A DNA stretch of 64,000 nucleotides from Nitrososphaerota archaeon (GTDB taxonomy: Archaea > Thermoproteota > Nitrososphaeria > Nitrososphaerales > Nitrosopumilaceae). The stretch's first letter is position 1; every line of letters begins with the position of its first letter. The stretch is from positions 32,001 to 96,000 of the forward strand of contig JAGWFT010000002.1 of NCBI GenBank assembly GCA_028867755.1, given 5' to 3'. The translations under genes were made by a program, and so were the position numbers. Below the pieces are notes generated by a model. The model had not been told where the DNA came from. It ran no database searches and saw only the letters and a list, made by a program, of their open reading frames with translations. Positions 28,943 to 38,418 of the stretch are shown here, in pieces.

Positions 28943-30013
28943 TATAGAAAATGGGAGCGGTGCACAAAGAAAAGCTAGGCCCATGACAAGTGCAAACATA
29001 TTTTTTCTTTTTGGAGACAGTGGTGATATATCATCAAGGGGTCTTACATCTTGACTTCTCATACTTAGCATCAACACAAAAAATGCCATTATGAAATATC
29101 CTGTTACAAAAAGTATTCCTATACTGGCATAAGTGAGAATTCTATGCCATTTTATTCCAAATGTTGCACGTGCTACATGCCCTCCATCGAGCTGCCATGC
29201 TGGAAGAAGATTCAAAAAAGTAATAAGAAATCCAAACCATGCTGCTAACAAAACAGGTGACATCACAAGTTCCTCTCCTGATACATGTTTTCCTGCAAGC
29301 ATAATTGTCACATCCATGAGAATGCTTGAATGCACCTCTTCAAGTCCTTGTTTTGCAGATAGTTCCTGAGCAACCGAAATTGGTATCAAAGGAGATAGGT
29401 ATGCGCCGTAGGTTGAGACTAGTATAGCTACGATAAGGCCAGCTATGGGTCCTGATATTCCTACATCAAAGAGTATGTTTCTATTTGTGATTAGACCACG
29501 TGACATGATAAGAGCACCAAATGTGGGAATGAATCCAACTATTGGAATTCCTGGAATAAAATATGGCCAGCTCACCTTGAGTTTGTGTTTTTTTGATGCA
29601 ATTATGTGGCCCAATTCATGGATGCCAAGAATTCCCATCAATGATATTGTATAAAGAATTGCTGTGATGAGTGGATCTCCAATCTTTGCGATAGAATTTG
29701 TAGCTACTGCACGATAGTAACCATCTATCATGACTGTTGTAATAGTTCCAACAAACAATATGCGAGGAACCCATGACTTTCTTGCAGTAGGTGGATTAAA
29801 TCTTGATATTGTGATAAACATGCCTTCGAAATCTTTCTCCAACCTAGCTATGAGATTTTTCTGCTCCATTTTTTGAGCAAGTTTTTGAAATTTTTCTGTT
29901 ATTTCTGTTTCACTTATCTCAATTTTCAGAGATTCGGTAGTCTGGTTTATTCCTTTTATGGTGAAAAAAGTAGAAACAATAGATATGACCTCATCTGTAG
30001 TAGGTATGCTCAA
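28931..30013 (-). CDS. Site-2 protease (M50) intramembrane metalloprotease
   Basis: HELGH, ISGPIAG, NLLPAWQLDGG. Confidence 0.92.
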   Translation of the reverse strand: MSIPTTDEVISIVSTFFTIKGINQTTESLKIEISETEITEKFQKLAQKMEQKNLIARLEKDFEGMFITISRFNPPTARKSWVPRILFVGTITTVMIDGYYRAVATNSIAKIGDPLITAILYTISLMGILGIHELGHIIASKKHKLKVSWPYFIPGIPIVGFIPTFGALIMSRGLITNRNILFDVGISGPIAGLIVAILVSTYGAYLSPLIPISVAQELSAKQGLEEVHSSILMDVTIMLAGKHVSGEELVMSPVLLAAWFGFLITFLNLLPAWQLDGGHVARATFGIKWHRILTYASIGILFVTGYFIMAFFVLMLSMRSQDVRPLDDISPLSPKRKNMFALVMGLAFLCAPLPFSILPE

Positions 30014-30093
30014 CTGACATTTCCAAGAGTTTCTTCACATTAATTCTTTTATTTGCTTAAAGTTAAATAATTAATAATTCTAGTATTCTCGGA

Positions 30094-30594
30094 ATGCAGG
30101 TGGCTCTTAGAGAAATTGGTAGTTGCATAATCAGAAGATGTGACTCTTCAGATATAATCCCTGTAATGGAGATTAACCTGAAAACCTTACCCGAACACTA
30201 TTCTGATTATTTCTATGAAAGTCTGCTTGCTGAGTTACCTGAAGCATTTCTTGTGGCTGAAATTGAAAGGAAATTAGTGGGATATATAATGTGCAAAATT
30301 GAATATGGTTTTTCAAACTTCAAAAAGCTAGGATTTGTAAAAAAGGGACATGTTGTCTCTGTTGCAGTTCTGCCTGACTACAGACAAAAAGGGATCGGTA
30401 GGGCTCTAGTTGAAGAGGCCATGACAGGTGTAAAACTAAAGAAATCAGATGAATTGTATCTAGAGGTAAGATGTAGTAATAATGAAGCAATAAGACTGTA
30501 TGAAAAGCTCGGTTTTATAATAAAACAGAGGCTAAAGGCATACTACAGAGATGGCGAAGACGCTTATCTTATGGCGATTGAATTCACGTACTAG
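30094..30594 (+). CDS. rimI: RimI/Ard1-type N-terminal acetyltransferase
   Basis: LPEHY, YRQKGIG, LYLEVR.SN, YYRDGEDA. Confidence 0.9.
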   Translation: MQVALREIGSCIIRRCDSSDIIPVMEINLKTLPEHYSDYFYESLLAELPEAFLVAEIERKLVGYIMCKIEYGFSNFKKLGFVKKGHVVSVAVLPDYRQKGIGRALVEEAMTGVKLKKSDELYLEVRCSNNEAIRLYEKLGFIIKQRLKAYYRDGEDAYLMAIEFTY

Positions 30595-30629
30595 ATTAAA
30601 ATAAATAAGTCTGGAAAAGGTTTAGCGTT

Positions 30630-30854
30630 ATGACAAAACGACGTACTGTCGGAATAACGATCTTTGGTTTATCCATCGGAGGATTCTTTGTATATGCATA
30701 CTTGCTAATGCTTTCGGAGTGGAGTCCTATAGTACTTCAACTCTCAGTACTTATGGCGGTAGGGGGAATTTTGGGAGTTATATCTTGGATAGGTTATAAC
30801 ATGGCAACATCCAAACCGCCACCTTCTTCTTTTATAACTGACGACAAAAAATAA
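30630..30854 (+). CDS. Small two-TM membrane protein
   Basis: Two hydrophobic segments, stop abuts trm5 stop. Confidence 0.7.
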   Translation: MTKRRTVGITIFGLSIGGFFVYAYLLMLSEWSPIVLQLSVLMAVGGILGVISWIGYNMATSKPPPSSFITDDKK

Positions 30855-31691
30855 TTATTTAGATATTACGGCATCTACAACTGCCTGATAAAATCTTGGA
30901 CCCACTGGTCTGACAATTTTTGAACCAAGAACTTTAGCTCCAACTGTAATGACTGATTGAAAATGACTGGTGGCCACTGCTGAGACCTGATTTTTTTTAT
31001 CTGAATGTACATGGCAATAATAATGCAGGGTTCCTTTTTGTTTTAGTGCCTTTATAGCAGAATCTAAAAACTCGTCTGATCTCTCAGGTAACAACATCAA
31101 GACTCTGTCGCCTTTTCCAGATAATTCTTTTTCTATAATGTCTGCTGCATCTCCTTCGATTGAATCAATCGTACCCTTTAACTTGTTAAGAGCGATGTTT
31201 TCTGAACAAAGCTTTGCAGCATATGGATTTATGTCTACATTATACACATGGCATTTCTTCTTTTTTGCAGCTACAATGGAAAACATTCCAACCCCGCCAA
31301 ACATATTGACGATTACATCTCCATCATTTACTAAATCCGCTATTCTAAGGCGTTCGGTTGCAAGCCTAGGTGAAAAAAATGTTTTTTCAACATCTACTCT
31401 GAATCTACATCCATGTTCTTTGTATTCTGTCTCTGTACTGTCTTCACCAGCAAGTAATTCTAGTTGACGAATTCGGTAATCTCCCTCTACTGGAGATGAC
31501 TGATAAAATATTGACTTGGCGGTCTTTACCTTTTCTAAGAGAACCTCGCCAATTGTCTTTCTTTTAGAAAGTAGAGAATCTGGAATTCTTAATATTATTA
31601 TATTTCCTATCTGATCAAATGCACCGTACATCTCCTCAGCTTCCTCTGACGTCAATATGCTTGCCATTGCTTGTTTTAGCATCTTTGTCAA
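30855..31691 (-). CDS. Trm5/Taw2-family SAM-dependent tRNA methyltransferase
   Basis: FFSPRLATER, NMFGGVGMF, DINP. Confidence 0.88.
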   Translation of the reverse strand: MTKMLKQAMASILTSEEAEEMYGAFDQIGNIIILRIPDSLLSKRKTIGEVLLEKVKTAKSIFYQSSPVEGDYRIRQLELLAGEDSTETEYKEHGCRFRVDVEKTFFSPRLATERLRIADLVNDGDVIVNMFGGVGMFSIVAAKKKKCHVYNVDINPYAAKLCSENIALNKLKGTIDSIEGDAADIIEKELSGKGDRVLMLLPERSDEFLDSAIKALKQKGTLHYYCHVHSDKKNQVSAVATSHFQSVITVGAKVLGSKIVRPVGPRFYQAVVDAVISK

Positions 31692-33472
31692 TTTCTATAA
31701 TAGAAATGCCCAGATTGTTTCTGTCCCCTATCGAGCCTACTTTCTGATTTGTTTACTCGTGGCCTCATGCTTGTCTCATCTCTTCGATAAGTAATATCAA
31801 GTGATCTCAAAAACTGATTCATTCCTTGAGCTTTTGACATTGGAGATGTAGCATGTCCTTCTCTACTGGGGCTACCATGAAAAATTACAAGAGAATCCGA
31901 AATTAAATCCATCAACTGTATGTCATGATCAATTATTATTGCTGATTTTCCATAAGAGCGAACAAACCTTTGGATTAATTTTGCTATTGCAATTCTATCT
32001 TCAACGTCAAGAAATGCAGAAGGCTCATCAAGTGCATACAAATCAACTTTTTGCAGTAAGCATGTGGCAATAGCTACTTTTTGAAGTTCACCTCCTGACA
32101 AATTTTTAACTGATTTATTGTAGAGTTTTTTTATTTTCATAGGATGAGTAATTAATTCCTCTTCTGTAGTTCCATCAATTGCACCATTGTTTGCTTTTTC
32201 TAATAGAGAAATAACATCAACATCATAATCGTTTGAAAGATATTGTGGCTTGTATGCTATCTTGATTTTCGTGTCTATCGTTCCAGAATCAGGTTTCTCA
32301 ACACCTGCTATCATTTTCATCATAGTTGTTTTTCCCAATGCATTTGCACCAACTATTCCTAGCACTTCACTTTTTCGTACTCTTCCTACATCAATTGTTA
32401 AAGAAAAATTAGAAAATTTCTTCTCTAACGTGGGATATTCTATAATATTTTCACTCATGACAAATTCATCTGTTGATGTTGATGCATCAAATCTAAATGC
32501 CGAGTCTCTAAATCTTACATTCTCGTTGGGCAAATAACCGTCCAAAAACACATTTATCCCAACTTTTGTTGAAAGCAAATTTGCAACTACACCATATGCT
32601 GCAGGCTCTCCATAGATAATCTCAATAAAATCACTTAGATAATCAAGCAAGGTGAGATCATGCTCAACTACCATAACGCTTTTTCCAATCTTTGCAAGAT
32701 TCTGGATAACGCGCGCAACCCCCATTCTCTGAAAAACATCATTATAAGAAGATGGTTCATCAAAAAAGTAAAAATCAGACTCTCTTGAAGCTGTTACCGC
32801 TACTGCAATTCTCTGCAACTCGCCTCCGCTCAAATCCGAGATCTTGGTATCTAGTGAGTTTTGCAAACCAAGTTCTTGTACCAATTCATTGATCTTATTT
32901 CGCTCATCATATTTTTCAAGTAATTCTTTTGCAGTTCCATCAAAGACCTTGGAAAGATTATACACCTGCTGTGGTTTTATGGATGCCTTCAAATCTTTAT
33001 TTGCAATTTTCTCGAAATGTACTTTTAATTCTGTACCGTGATAATGTTTCAAAATCTCACTCCATTCTGGTGGAGATGAATAATTACCCAAATTTGGTTT
33101 AAGATTTCCAGATAAAATGCCAACCACTGTGCTTTTTCCTATACCATTTCTTCCAAGCAAACCCATCACCTGACCTTTCTTTAAGGAGGGAATTCGATAC
33201 AATCTGAACGAGTTTATTCCATATTGATGAATTTTATCCGATTTTAGCTCTTCTGCAAGATTGACAATTGTTATTGCATCAAAGGGACAAACTTTTACGC
33301 AAATTCCACATCCATTGCAAAGATTTTCATCTATCTGGGCCTTTCCGATCTCCTGATTCATTATTATGCAGTCTGCACCTGATTTGTTCACGGGACAATA
33401 CTTGATACATTCAAGTCCACATTTCTTTGGTTGACAGATTTCTTTGTCAAGGACCGCCACTCGATGAGTCAT
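31688..33472 (-). CDS. rli: ABCE1/RLI ribosome recycling ATPase
   Basis: N-terminal Fe-S cysteines, two Walker A and two LSGGELQ, RPRVNK. Confidence 0.97.
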   Translation of the reverse strand: MTHRVAVLDKEICQPKKCGLECIKYCPVNKSGADCIIMNQEIGKAQIDENLCNGCGICVKVCPFDAITIVNLAEELKSDKIHQYGINSFRLYRIPSLKKGQVMGLLGRNGIGKSTVVGILSGNLKPNLGNYSSPPEWSEILKHYHGTELKVHFEKIANKDLKASIKPQQVYNLSKVFDGTAKELLEKYDERNKINELVQELGLQNSLDTKISDLSGGELQRIAVAVTASRESDFYFFDEPSSYNDVFQRMGVARVIQNLAKIGKSVMVVEHDLTLLDYLSDFIEIIYGEPAAYGVVANLLSTKVGINVFLDGYLPNENVRFRDSAFRFDASTSTDEFVMSENIIEYPTLEKKFSNFSLTIDVGRVRKSEVLGIVGANALGKTTMMKMIAGVEKPDSGTIDTKIKIAYKPQYLSNDYDVDVISLLEKANNGAIDGTTEEELITHPMKIKKLYNKSVKNLSGGELQKVAIATCLLQKVDLYALDEPSAFLDVEDRIAIAKLIQRFVRSYGKSAIIIDHDIQLMDLISDSLVIFHGSPSREGHATSPMSKAQGMNQFLRSLDITYRRDETSMRPRVNKSESRLDRGQKQSGHFYYRN

Positions 33473-33548
33473 GGCTAATCACGACATCCTTAATTTATAT
33501 CTCTATCAAGCAAGATTAATACAGAACATTATTAATCACACTGATCAA

Positions 33549-33662
33549 GCCGGCCATAGCGTTGGGGTCCGACCCGGTCCCATTCCGAACCCGGAAGTCA
33601 AACCCAATGTCGCTACTGTGTTACTAAGGTGCGAGAGCCCTTGGGAAGCAGTAGTGCTGGCG
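33549..33662 (+). rRNA. rrf: 5S rRNA (unlinked from 16S/23S)
   Basis: GGCCATAGC...CCCATTCCGAACCCGGAAGTCAA conserved core, terminal helix GCCGGC/GCTGGC; ends approximate. Confidence 0.93.
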
Positions 33663-33668
33663 CCTTTT

Positions 33669-33926
33669 CTATTCTAGAGCAACAGAATTGGGAGAGCCCT
33701 TCCATACTGTCTGCGTTGCAATATTTTTCTCAACCCCTCTTTTCTGAGCATCATCAGGAAAGCTTTCTACATACTCTGATATTAGAGCCCTTATCGTTTG
33801 TTCGATGTCTACCACTGAACCTATGTCAGTAAAGAGATATGGTATTTCACTACAATCTACTACGTATCCATTGGCGTTAGGAGTTATGGTAAAAGTCAGT
33901 TTAGGTAATTTTTGAATCCTTACCAT
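33669..33926 (-). CDS. HicB-like small protein
   Basis: F.ITPNANGYVV.CSEIP..FT..G...D.EQ.I..LI pattern of the HicB N-terminal domain. Confidence 0.5.
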   Translation of the reverse strand: MVRIQKLPKLTFTITPNANGYVVDCSEIPYLFTDIGSVVDIEQTIRALISEYVESFPDDAQKRGVEKNIATQTVWKGSPNSVALE

Positions 33927-33977
33927 ACATTCTATATTGCAACAAAGCCTAAAAAGATCTTCTTATTTGTTAGATCT

Positions 33978-34106
33978 ATGAATAACTGTGCAGTTTGCGG
34001 TGAGAAATTCACGGATGATATAAGATTCTTAAACCATATGATGGAAAAACACGGATTTAGGAATCCAAACGTAGGTACTCCAGATAGAAATAGCAGGGGA
34101 TACTAA
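33978..34106 (+). CDS. Small C2H2 zinc-finger protein
   Basis: CAVC.EKF......NHMMEKH; ATG 33978 preferred. Confidence 0.7.
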   Translation: MNNCAVCGEKFTDDIRFLNHMMEKHGFRNPNVGTPDRNSRGY

Positions 34107-34136
34107 TTCCACCATGTCTTGTTCTTGCTTGAAAAG

Positions 34137-34523
34137 CTACCCTAGTGGTATCTTCTGACTATTTGAGAGAAGAGTTCTTACTCTCATAAAAAATGCCTTT
34201 GTAGTCTTACAATCATCTCCATATATCAAAGGCATATCTTTCAAAGGTGTTTTTCTAGATCTTCTCTTCAGGATGGCAAAAATCAGCGGTAAAATTCCTG
34301 CTCTCCCGCCATATGCTATTTTATCTGTTACAAACCAAAACATTCTAGTTGCATCATAATCTTTTGGAAAGATCTCTGACTTGATTTCTTTACCACTTTC
34401 AGTATTATGACCTACAATTAGGATATTTTTTCCCGCAAGAGACTTTACAATACTAGCGAACTTTGAACAATGATAACAACTATCATCGTAAATCAATAAT
34501 GGCAGAAGATCCCTAACATTCAT
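34137..34523 (-). CDS. DCC1-like thiol-disulfide oxidoreductase
   Basis: N-terminal YDDSCYHC (DxxCxxC) and YGGRAGI. Confidence 0.75.
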   Translation of the reverse strand: MNVRDLLPLLIYDDSCYHCSKFASIVKSLAGKNILIVGHNTESGKEIKSEIFPKDYDATRMFWFVTDKIAYGGRAGILPLIFAILKRRSRKTPLKDMPLIYGDDCKTTKAFFMRVRTLLSNSQKIPLG

Positions 34524-34649
34524 GTCTTTAATTGGCTTGTTTCAGATTAAAATTTTGTGAAATAACTTTTTATTGGCTCCAAATGCGCTAAAATTCATGA
34601 GTTTGAGCTCACAGAATGATTATCTAGAAACTCAAATTTTAGAACGGAT

Positions 34650-36317
34650 ATGGGCCTAAATTACTATTATATTTTCAAAAGAGTACGAGAAGCCAGAAAA
34701 CTTGTCATTAAAGGTACAACAGCTGCTGGTTCTGGCCATCCGGGAGGATCATTCTCTATGGCTGAGATTATGGGTTGTATGTACTACAAATTTCTCCGTC
34801 ACGATCCAAAAAATCCCCTTTGGCAAGATAGGGATAGATTAGTTCTATCAAAAGGCCATGCATCTCCTGGGTTGTTTTCTAATTTGGCAATTGCAGGCTA
34901 TTTTGATAAATCCGAAATCGAAACTTTGCGAAAATTTGGAAGCAGATTGCAAGGCCATCCAGACTTCAAATGCCCGGGGGTTGAATTCTGTGGAGGCTCA
35001 CTTGGTCTAGGGTTATCGTTTTCAATTGGTATGGCTCTTGCAGCAAGAATAGATGGCAAAAATCATCATATTTACACTATAATTGGAGATGGTGAATCTG
35101 ATGAGGGACAAGTCTGGGAGGCAGCTATGGCAGGATCAAAATTTAGACTTGATAACCTGACTGTCTTCTTAGACAGGAATTTCATCCAACAAGATGATTA
35201 TACTGAACGAGTTATGCCTCTTGATGAAGAGTTAATCGGTGATGACATTTCAGAAATGTGGAAAAATGCAGCAAGGTGGAAAGTAGGCGATAAATGGAGA
35301 TCATTTGGATGGAATGTTCTAGAAATTGATGGACATCGCATAGAGCAGATTGTAAAGGCAATAAACTCTGCATTGCAAACTAGAGGTACGCCATCAATAA
35401 TTGTAGCACGTACTATTAAGGGAAAATCCGTTGAACACATGGAAGATAACCCAAAATGGCATGGAGTTGCACCAAACCCAAAAATCTCGCCGATTATAGA
35501 ACTTGAACTTGACTGCCAATCTCTTATCGCGCCATCTATTATTGCAGGGGATATGACTAATTTAGAAAATGAAGTAAAGAGGGCCACTCATGGTAGATCT
35601 GATTTTATACATCTTGACGTAATGGACGGTCAGTTTGTTCCAAACAAAACATTTGATCACGAAAAAATAAAACAACTAAGACCTATCACTCATACCCCAT
35701 TTGATACTCATCTCATGATAAATGAACCCGTAAAACATGTTAGAGACTATGCTACTGCTGGTAGTGACATTATTACAGTACATGCAGAAGTTTGTGATGC
35801 ATCAAGCTTTGGAGAAATTCATGATATTCTACGATCAAATGAGATAGGTCTTGGCTTGGCAATCAATCCTGAAACTGAACTGCCACCTTGGGCTGAAAAA
35901 TTCATTCCAGATTTAGACCAGCTAATAATAATGTCAGTTGTTCCTGGAAAATCAGGCCAGAAATACATTGAATCAACTCACGAAAAAACCCAAAGAATAT
36001 CAAAATTCCTTGCAGAAAGAAACTTTCAAGGCCTAATTGAAGCAGACGGAGGAGTAGATTTGTCCAATATCGAGTCGTGTTTCTTAGATGGTGCTAGGGT
36101 ATTTGTTGGAGGTAGTGCTATAATAGGTCAAAAAGACGTACGTCTGACCATAACAGAATTTAGAAAACGTTTGATGCATGCAAGAAGAAAACTCTTGATA
36201 AACAAAGCACATAGTCTTGGTGGATCTGAGCTTGTGACCCAATGGATAGATCTTCATGAAGTGGGAAAGAAGAAAACCGATCTTCTTCAGATTGCAAAGG
36301 AGGCTGGTTTTGTATGA
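34650..36317 (+). CDS. Transketolase N-terminal domain fused to ribulose-5-phosphate 3-epimerase
   Basis: SGHPGG, LSKGHA, GDGESDEG then APSII, HLDVMDGQFVPN, DTHLM, MSVVPGKSGQ, EADGG. Confidence 0.93.
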   Translation: MGLNYYYIFKRVREARKLVIKGTTAAGSGHPGGSFSMAEIMGCMYYKFLRHDPKNPLWQDRDRLVLSKGHASPGLFSNLAIAGYFDKSEIETLRKFGSRLQGHPDFKCPGVEFCGGSLGLGLSFSIGMALAARIDGKNHHIYTIIGDGESDEGQVWEAAMAGSKFRLDNLTVFLDRNFIQQDDYTERVMPLDEELIGDDISEMWKNAARWKVGDKWRSFGWNVLEIDGHRIEQIVKAINSALQTRGTPSIIVARTIKGKSVEHMEDNPKWHGVAPNPKISPIIELELDCQSLIAPSIIAGDMTNLENEVKRATHGRSDFIHLDVMDGQFVPNKTFDHEKIKQLRPITHTPFDTHLMINEPVKHVRDYATAGSDIITVHAEVCDASSFGEIHDILRSNEIGLGLAINPETELPPWAEKFIPDLDQLIIMSVVPGKSGQKYIESTHEKTQRISKFLAERNFQGLIEADGGVDLSNIESCFLDGARVFVGGSAIIGQKDVRLTITEFRKRLMHARRKLLINKAHSLGGSELVTQWIDLHEVGKKKTDLLQIAKEAGFV

Positions 36318-37282
36318 CTGAATTTGCAGATATGAGAACAGTTTATGGAGACACTTTGATCAAAATAGGAGAAGAGAATCCAAATGTGGTTGTAGTAGGA
36401 GCTGACACTACTGATTCGCTTAAAACAAAACCATTTGGTAAAAAATTTCCAAATAGATTTTTTAATGTAGGAATTGCAGAGGGTAATCTAATAACCATAG
36501 CAGCAGGACTTGCCAACGAAGGCAAAACTCCTTTTGTTAGCACCTATGCTGCTTTCCTACCTGGCAGATGCGTCGACCAGATAAGAAATGTAATTGCGTA
36601 TCCTACTAGAAATGGGAAAAATGGACTAAATGTAAAGATGGTTGTTTCCCATGGTGGGCTAAGTGTAGGTGCTGATGGTGGGTCGCATCAACAAATTGAA
36701 GATATTGCAGTAATGCGAGCTATTCCTAACATCAAGGTTTTAATTCCAGCAGACACAATTGCCGTAGAGAAACTCATAAAACTAATTTCACAACTGTATG
36801 GGCCATTTTACATGAGAATGACACGATCAAAAACTCCAATCATACATTCACAAGAACAAGAATTTCAATTAGGTAAAGGAATAATATTACGAGATGGTTC
36901 TGATTGCACTATTGCAGCATGTGGAATCACAGTGAAAATGGCTCTTGATGCTGCTGATGCATTAAAACAGGAAGGAATTTCATGCAGAGTAATAGACATG
37001 TTCTCAATAAAGCCAATAGATTCTGATCTTTTAGAAAAATCTGCACGTGAGACAGGCGGTATTGTTACATGTGAAGAGCACAATATTATGGCAGGTTTTG
37101 GTTCTGCAGTGTCTGAGGTTGTTTCTGAGAAATACCCAGTGCCAATAAGACGAATAGGTGTAAGAGACCAATTTGGTGAATCTGCTAGAGATGGTGAAAT
37201 TTCACTACTGTTAGAAAAACATGGTATGACATCAATTCATATATCTAATGCTGTTAAGGATATCAGGAGTAAGAAACAATGA
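36314..37282 (+). CDS. Transketolase C-terminal subunit
   Basis: NVGIAE, DGGSHQQIED, VTCEEHN. Confidence 0.93.
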   Translation: MTEFADMRTVYGDTLIKIGEENPNVVVVGADTTDSLKTKPFGKKFPNRFFNVGIAEGNLITIAAGLANEGKTPFVSTYAAFLPGRCVDQIRNVIAYPTRNGKNGLNVKMVVSHGGLSVGADGGSHQQIEDIAVMRAIPNIKVLIPADTIAVEKLIKLISQLYGPFYMRMTRSKTPIIHSQEQEFQLGKGIILRDGSDCTIAACGITVKMALDAADALKQEGISCRVIDMFSIKPIDSDLLEKSARETGGIVTCEEHNIMAGFGSAVSEVVSEKYPVPIRRIGVRDQFGESARDGEISLLLEKHGMTSIHISNAVKDIRSKKQ

Positions 37283-37944
37283 AAATATTCCTTGATACTG
37301 CAAATCTTGCTTCGATAAAAATGTACAATGACATGGGTCTTGTAGACGGAATTACAACCAATCCATCACTTTTGGCAAAAGAGGGTGGAGATCCACAAAA
37401 AACAATGGCAGAAATTGTTCAAATTGTGAAAGGGGATGTTAGTCTAGAAGTAGTTAGTACCGAAACTTCAGGAATGATAGAGGAAGGAAAACGACTTCAA
37501 AAATATGGTAATAATGTTGTGGTAAAATGTCCACTGACTGCAGAAGGACTCAAAGCATGCAAAAGTCTGACATCTGAAGGAATACCTGTTAATGTAACCC
37601 TTTGTTTTTCAGTAAATCAAGCACTATTGGCAGCAAAGGCAGGTGCAAAATACATCAGTCCATTCATTGGTAGATTAGATGATAATGGACAGGATGGAAT
37701 TCACTTGATTAAAGAAATTCATGAAGTGTTTCAAAATTATAAATTCAATACACAAATTCTAGTTGCAAGCGTAAGACATCCTATGCATGTAGTAGAGGCA
37801 GCAAAGATTGGAGCAGATGTAGTAACATTACCCCCTGATGTACTAGGAAAAATGTTAAAACATCCACTAACTGATATAGGACTCAAGAATTTCCTTGCAG
37901 ACTGGGAAAAACTCAAGAAAGAAAATCCGAGTATTAGAATTTAA
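37279..37944 (+). CDS. tal: Transaldolase (TalC/FSA type)
   Basis: FLDTA, GITTNPS, VVKCP, SPFIGRLDD. Confidence 0.93.
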   Translation: MKIFLDTANLASIKMYNDMGLVDGITTNPSLLAKEGGDPQKTMAEIVQIVKGDVSLEVVSTETSGMIEEGKRLQKYGNNVVVKCPLTAEGLKACKSLTSEGIPVNVTLCFSVNQALLAAKAGAKYISPFIGRLDDNGQDGIHLIKEIHEVFQNYKFNTQILVASVRHPMHVVEAAKIGADVVTLPPDVLGKMLKHPLTDIGLKNFLADWEKLKKENPSIRI

Positions 37945-37961
37945 CAAAGACTAAACAACTG

Positions 37962-38417
37962 TTAATGTTTTCCAATCCATTGATATCTGTATTCTTCATC
38001 AAATAACTCTGATTTGATGTCATTATTGTTTATCTTAGCGTCTAATTTGGCCTCAAAAAATCCCAGACTTCCTTTGTATGGAATTGGTATTCTTAGCTCT
38101 TTTGGGTTCTTCAATAGAAATCCATACTTGTGATCAAGAAGTTCTTTACTTGCAAAGTGTTTACTATGATCAGATTTTATTTCCTTAAGAGTTCTGTACA
38201 TCTTAACATCGTAGAGTTCTACCCTGCCTATTATCACTCCAGTTCTAAGATTTGATTCATCAATTCCTAGCCTTCTGCACGCCTCGGTTTTTACTCTAAG
38301 TGGGGCATGAACAAGAAATTCTCCTCTGAATCTAGTATTCCATGTTCTCAACTCAATCGTTTTCTTACCTTGAATTATAAGATCAGCATACGGTTGAGAG
38401 ACCGACAAGCATTTCAT
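37962..38417 (-). CDS. ASCH domain protein
   Basis: LSVSQPYA..I..GKKTIELRTW (GxKxxExR). Confidence 0.88.
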   Translation of the reverse strand: MKCLSVSQPYADLIIQGKKTIELRTWNTRFRGEFLVHAPLRVKTEACRRLGIDESNLRTGVIIGRVELYDVKMYRTLKEIKSDHSKHFASKELLDHKYGFLLKNPKELRIPIPYKGSLGFFEAKLDAKINNNDIKSELFDEEYRYQWIGKH

Positions 38418-38418
38418 G

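Noticed and set aside
33471-33677. 68-aa plus-strand ORF (and 33629-33832) in the ORF track
   Set aside because: Overlaps the 5S rRNA and the HicB-like gene; shadow ORFs
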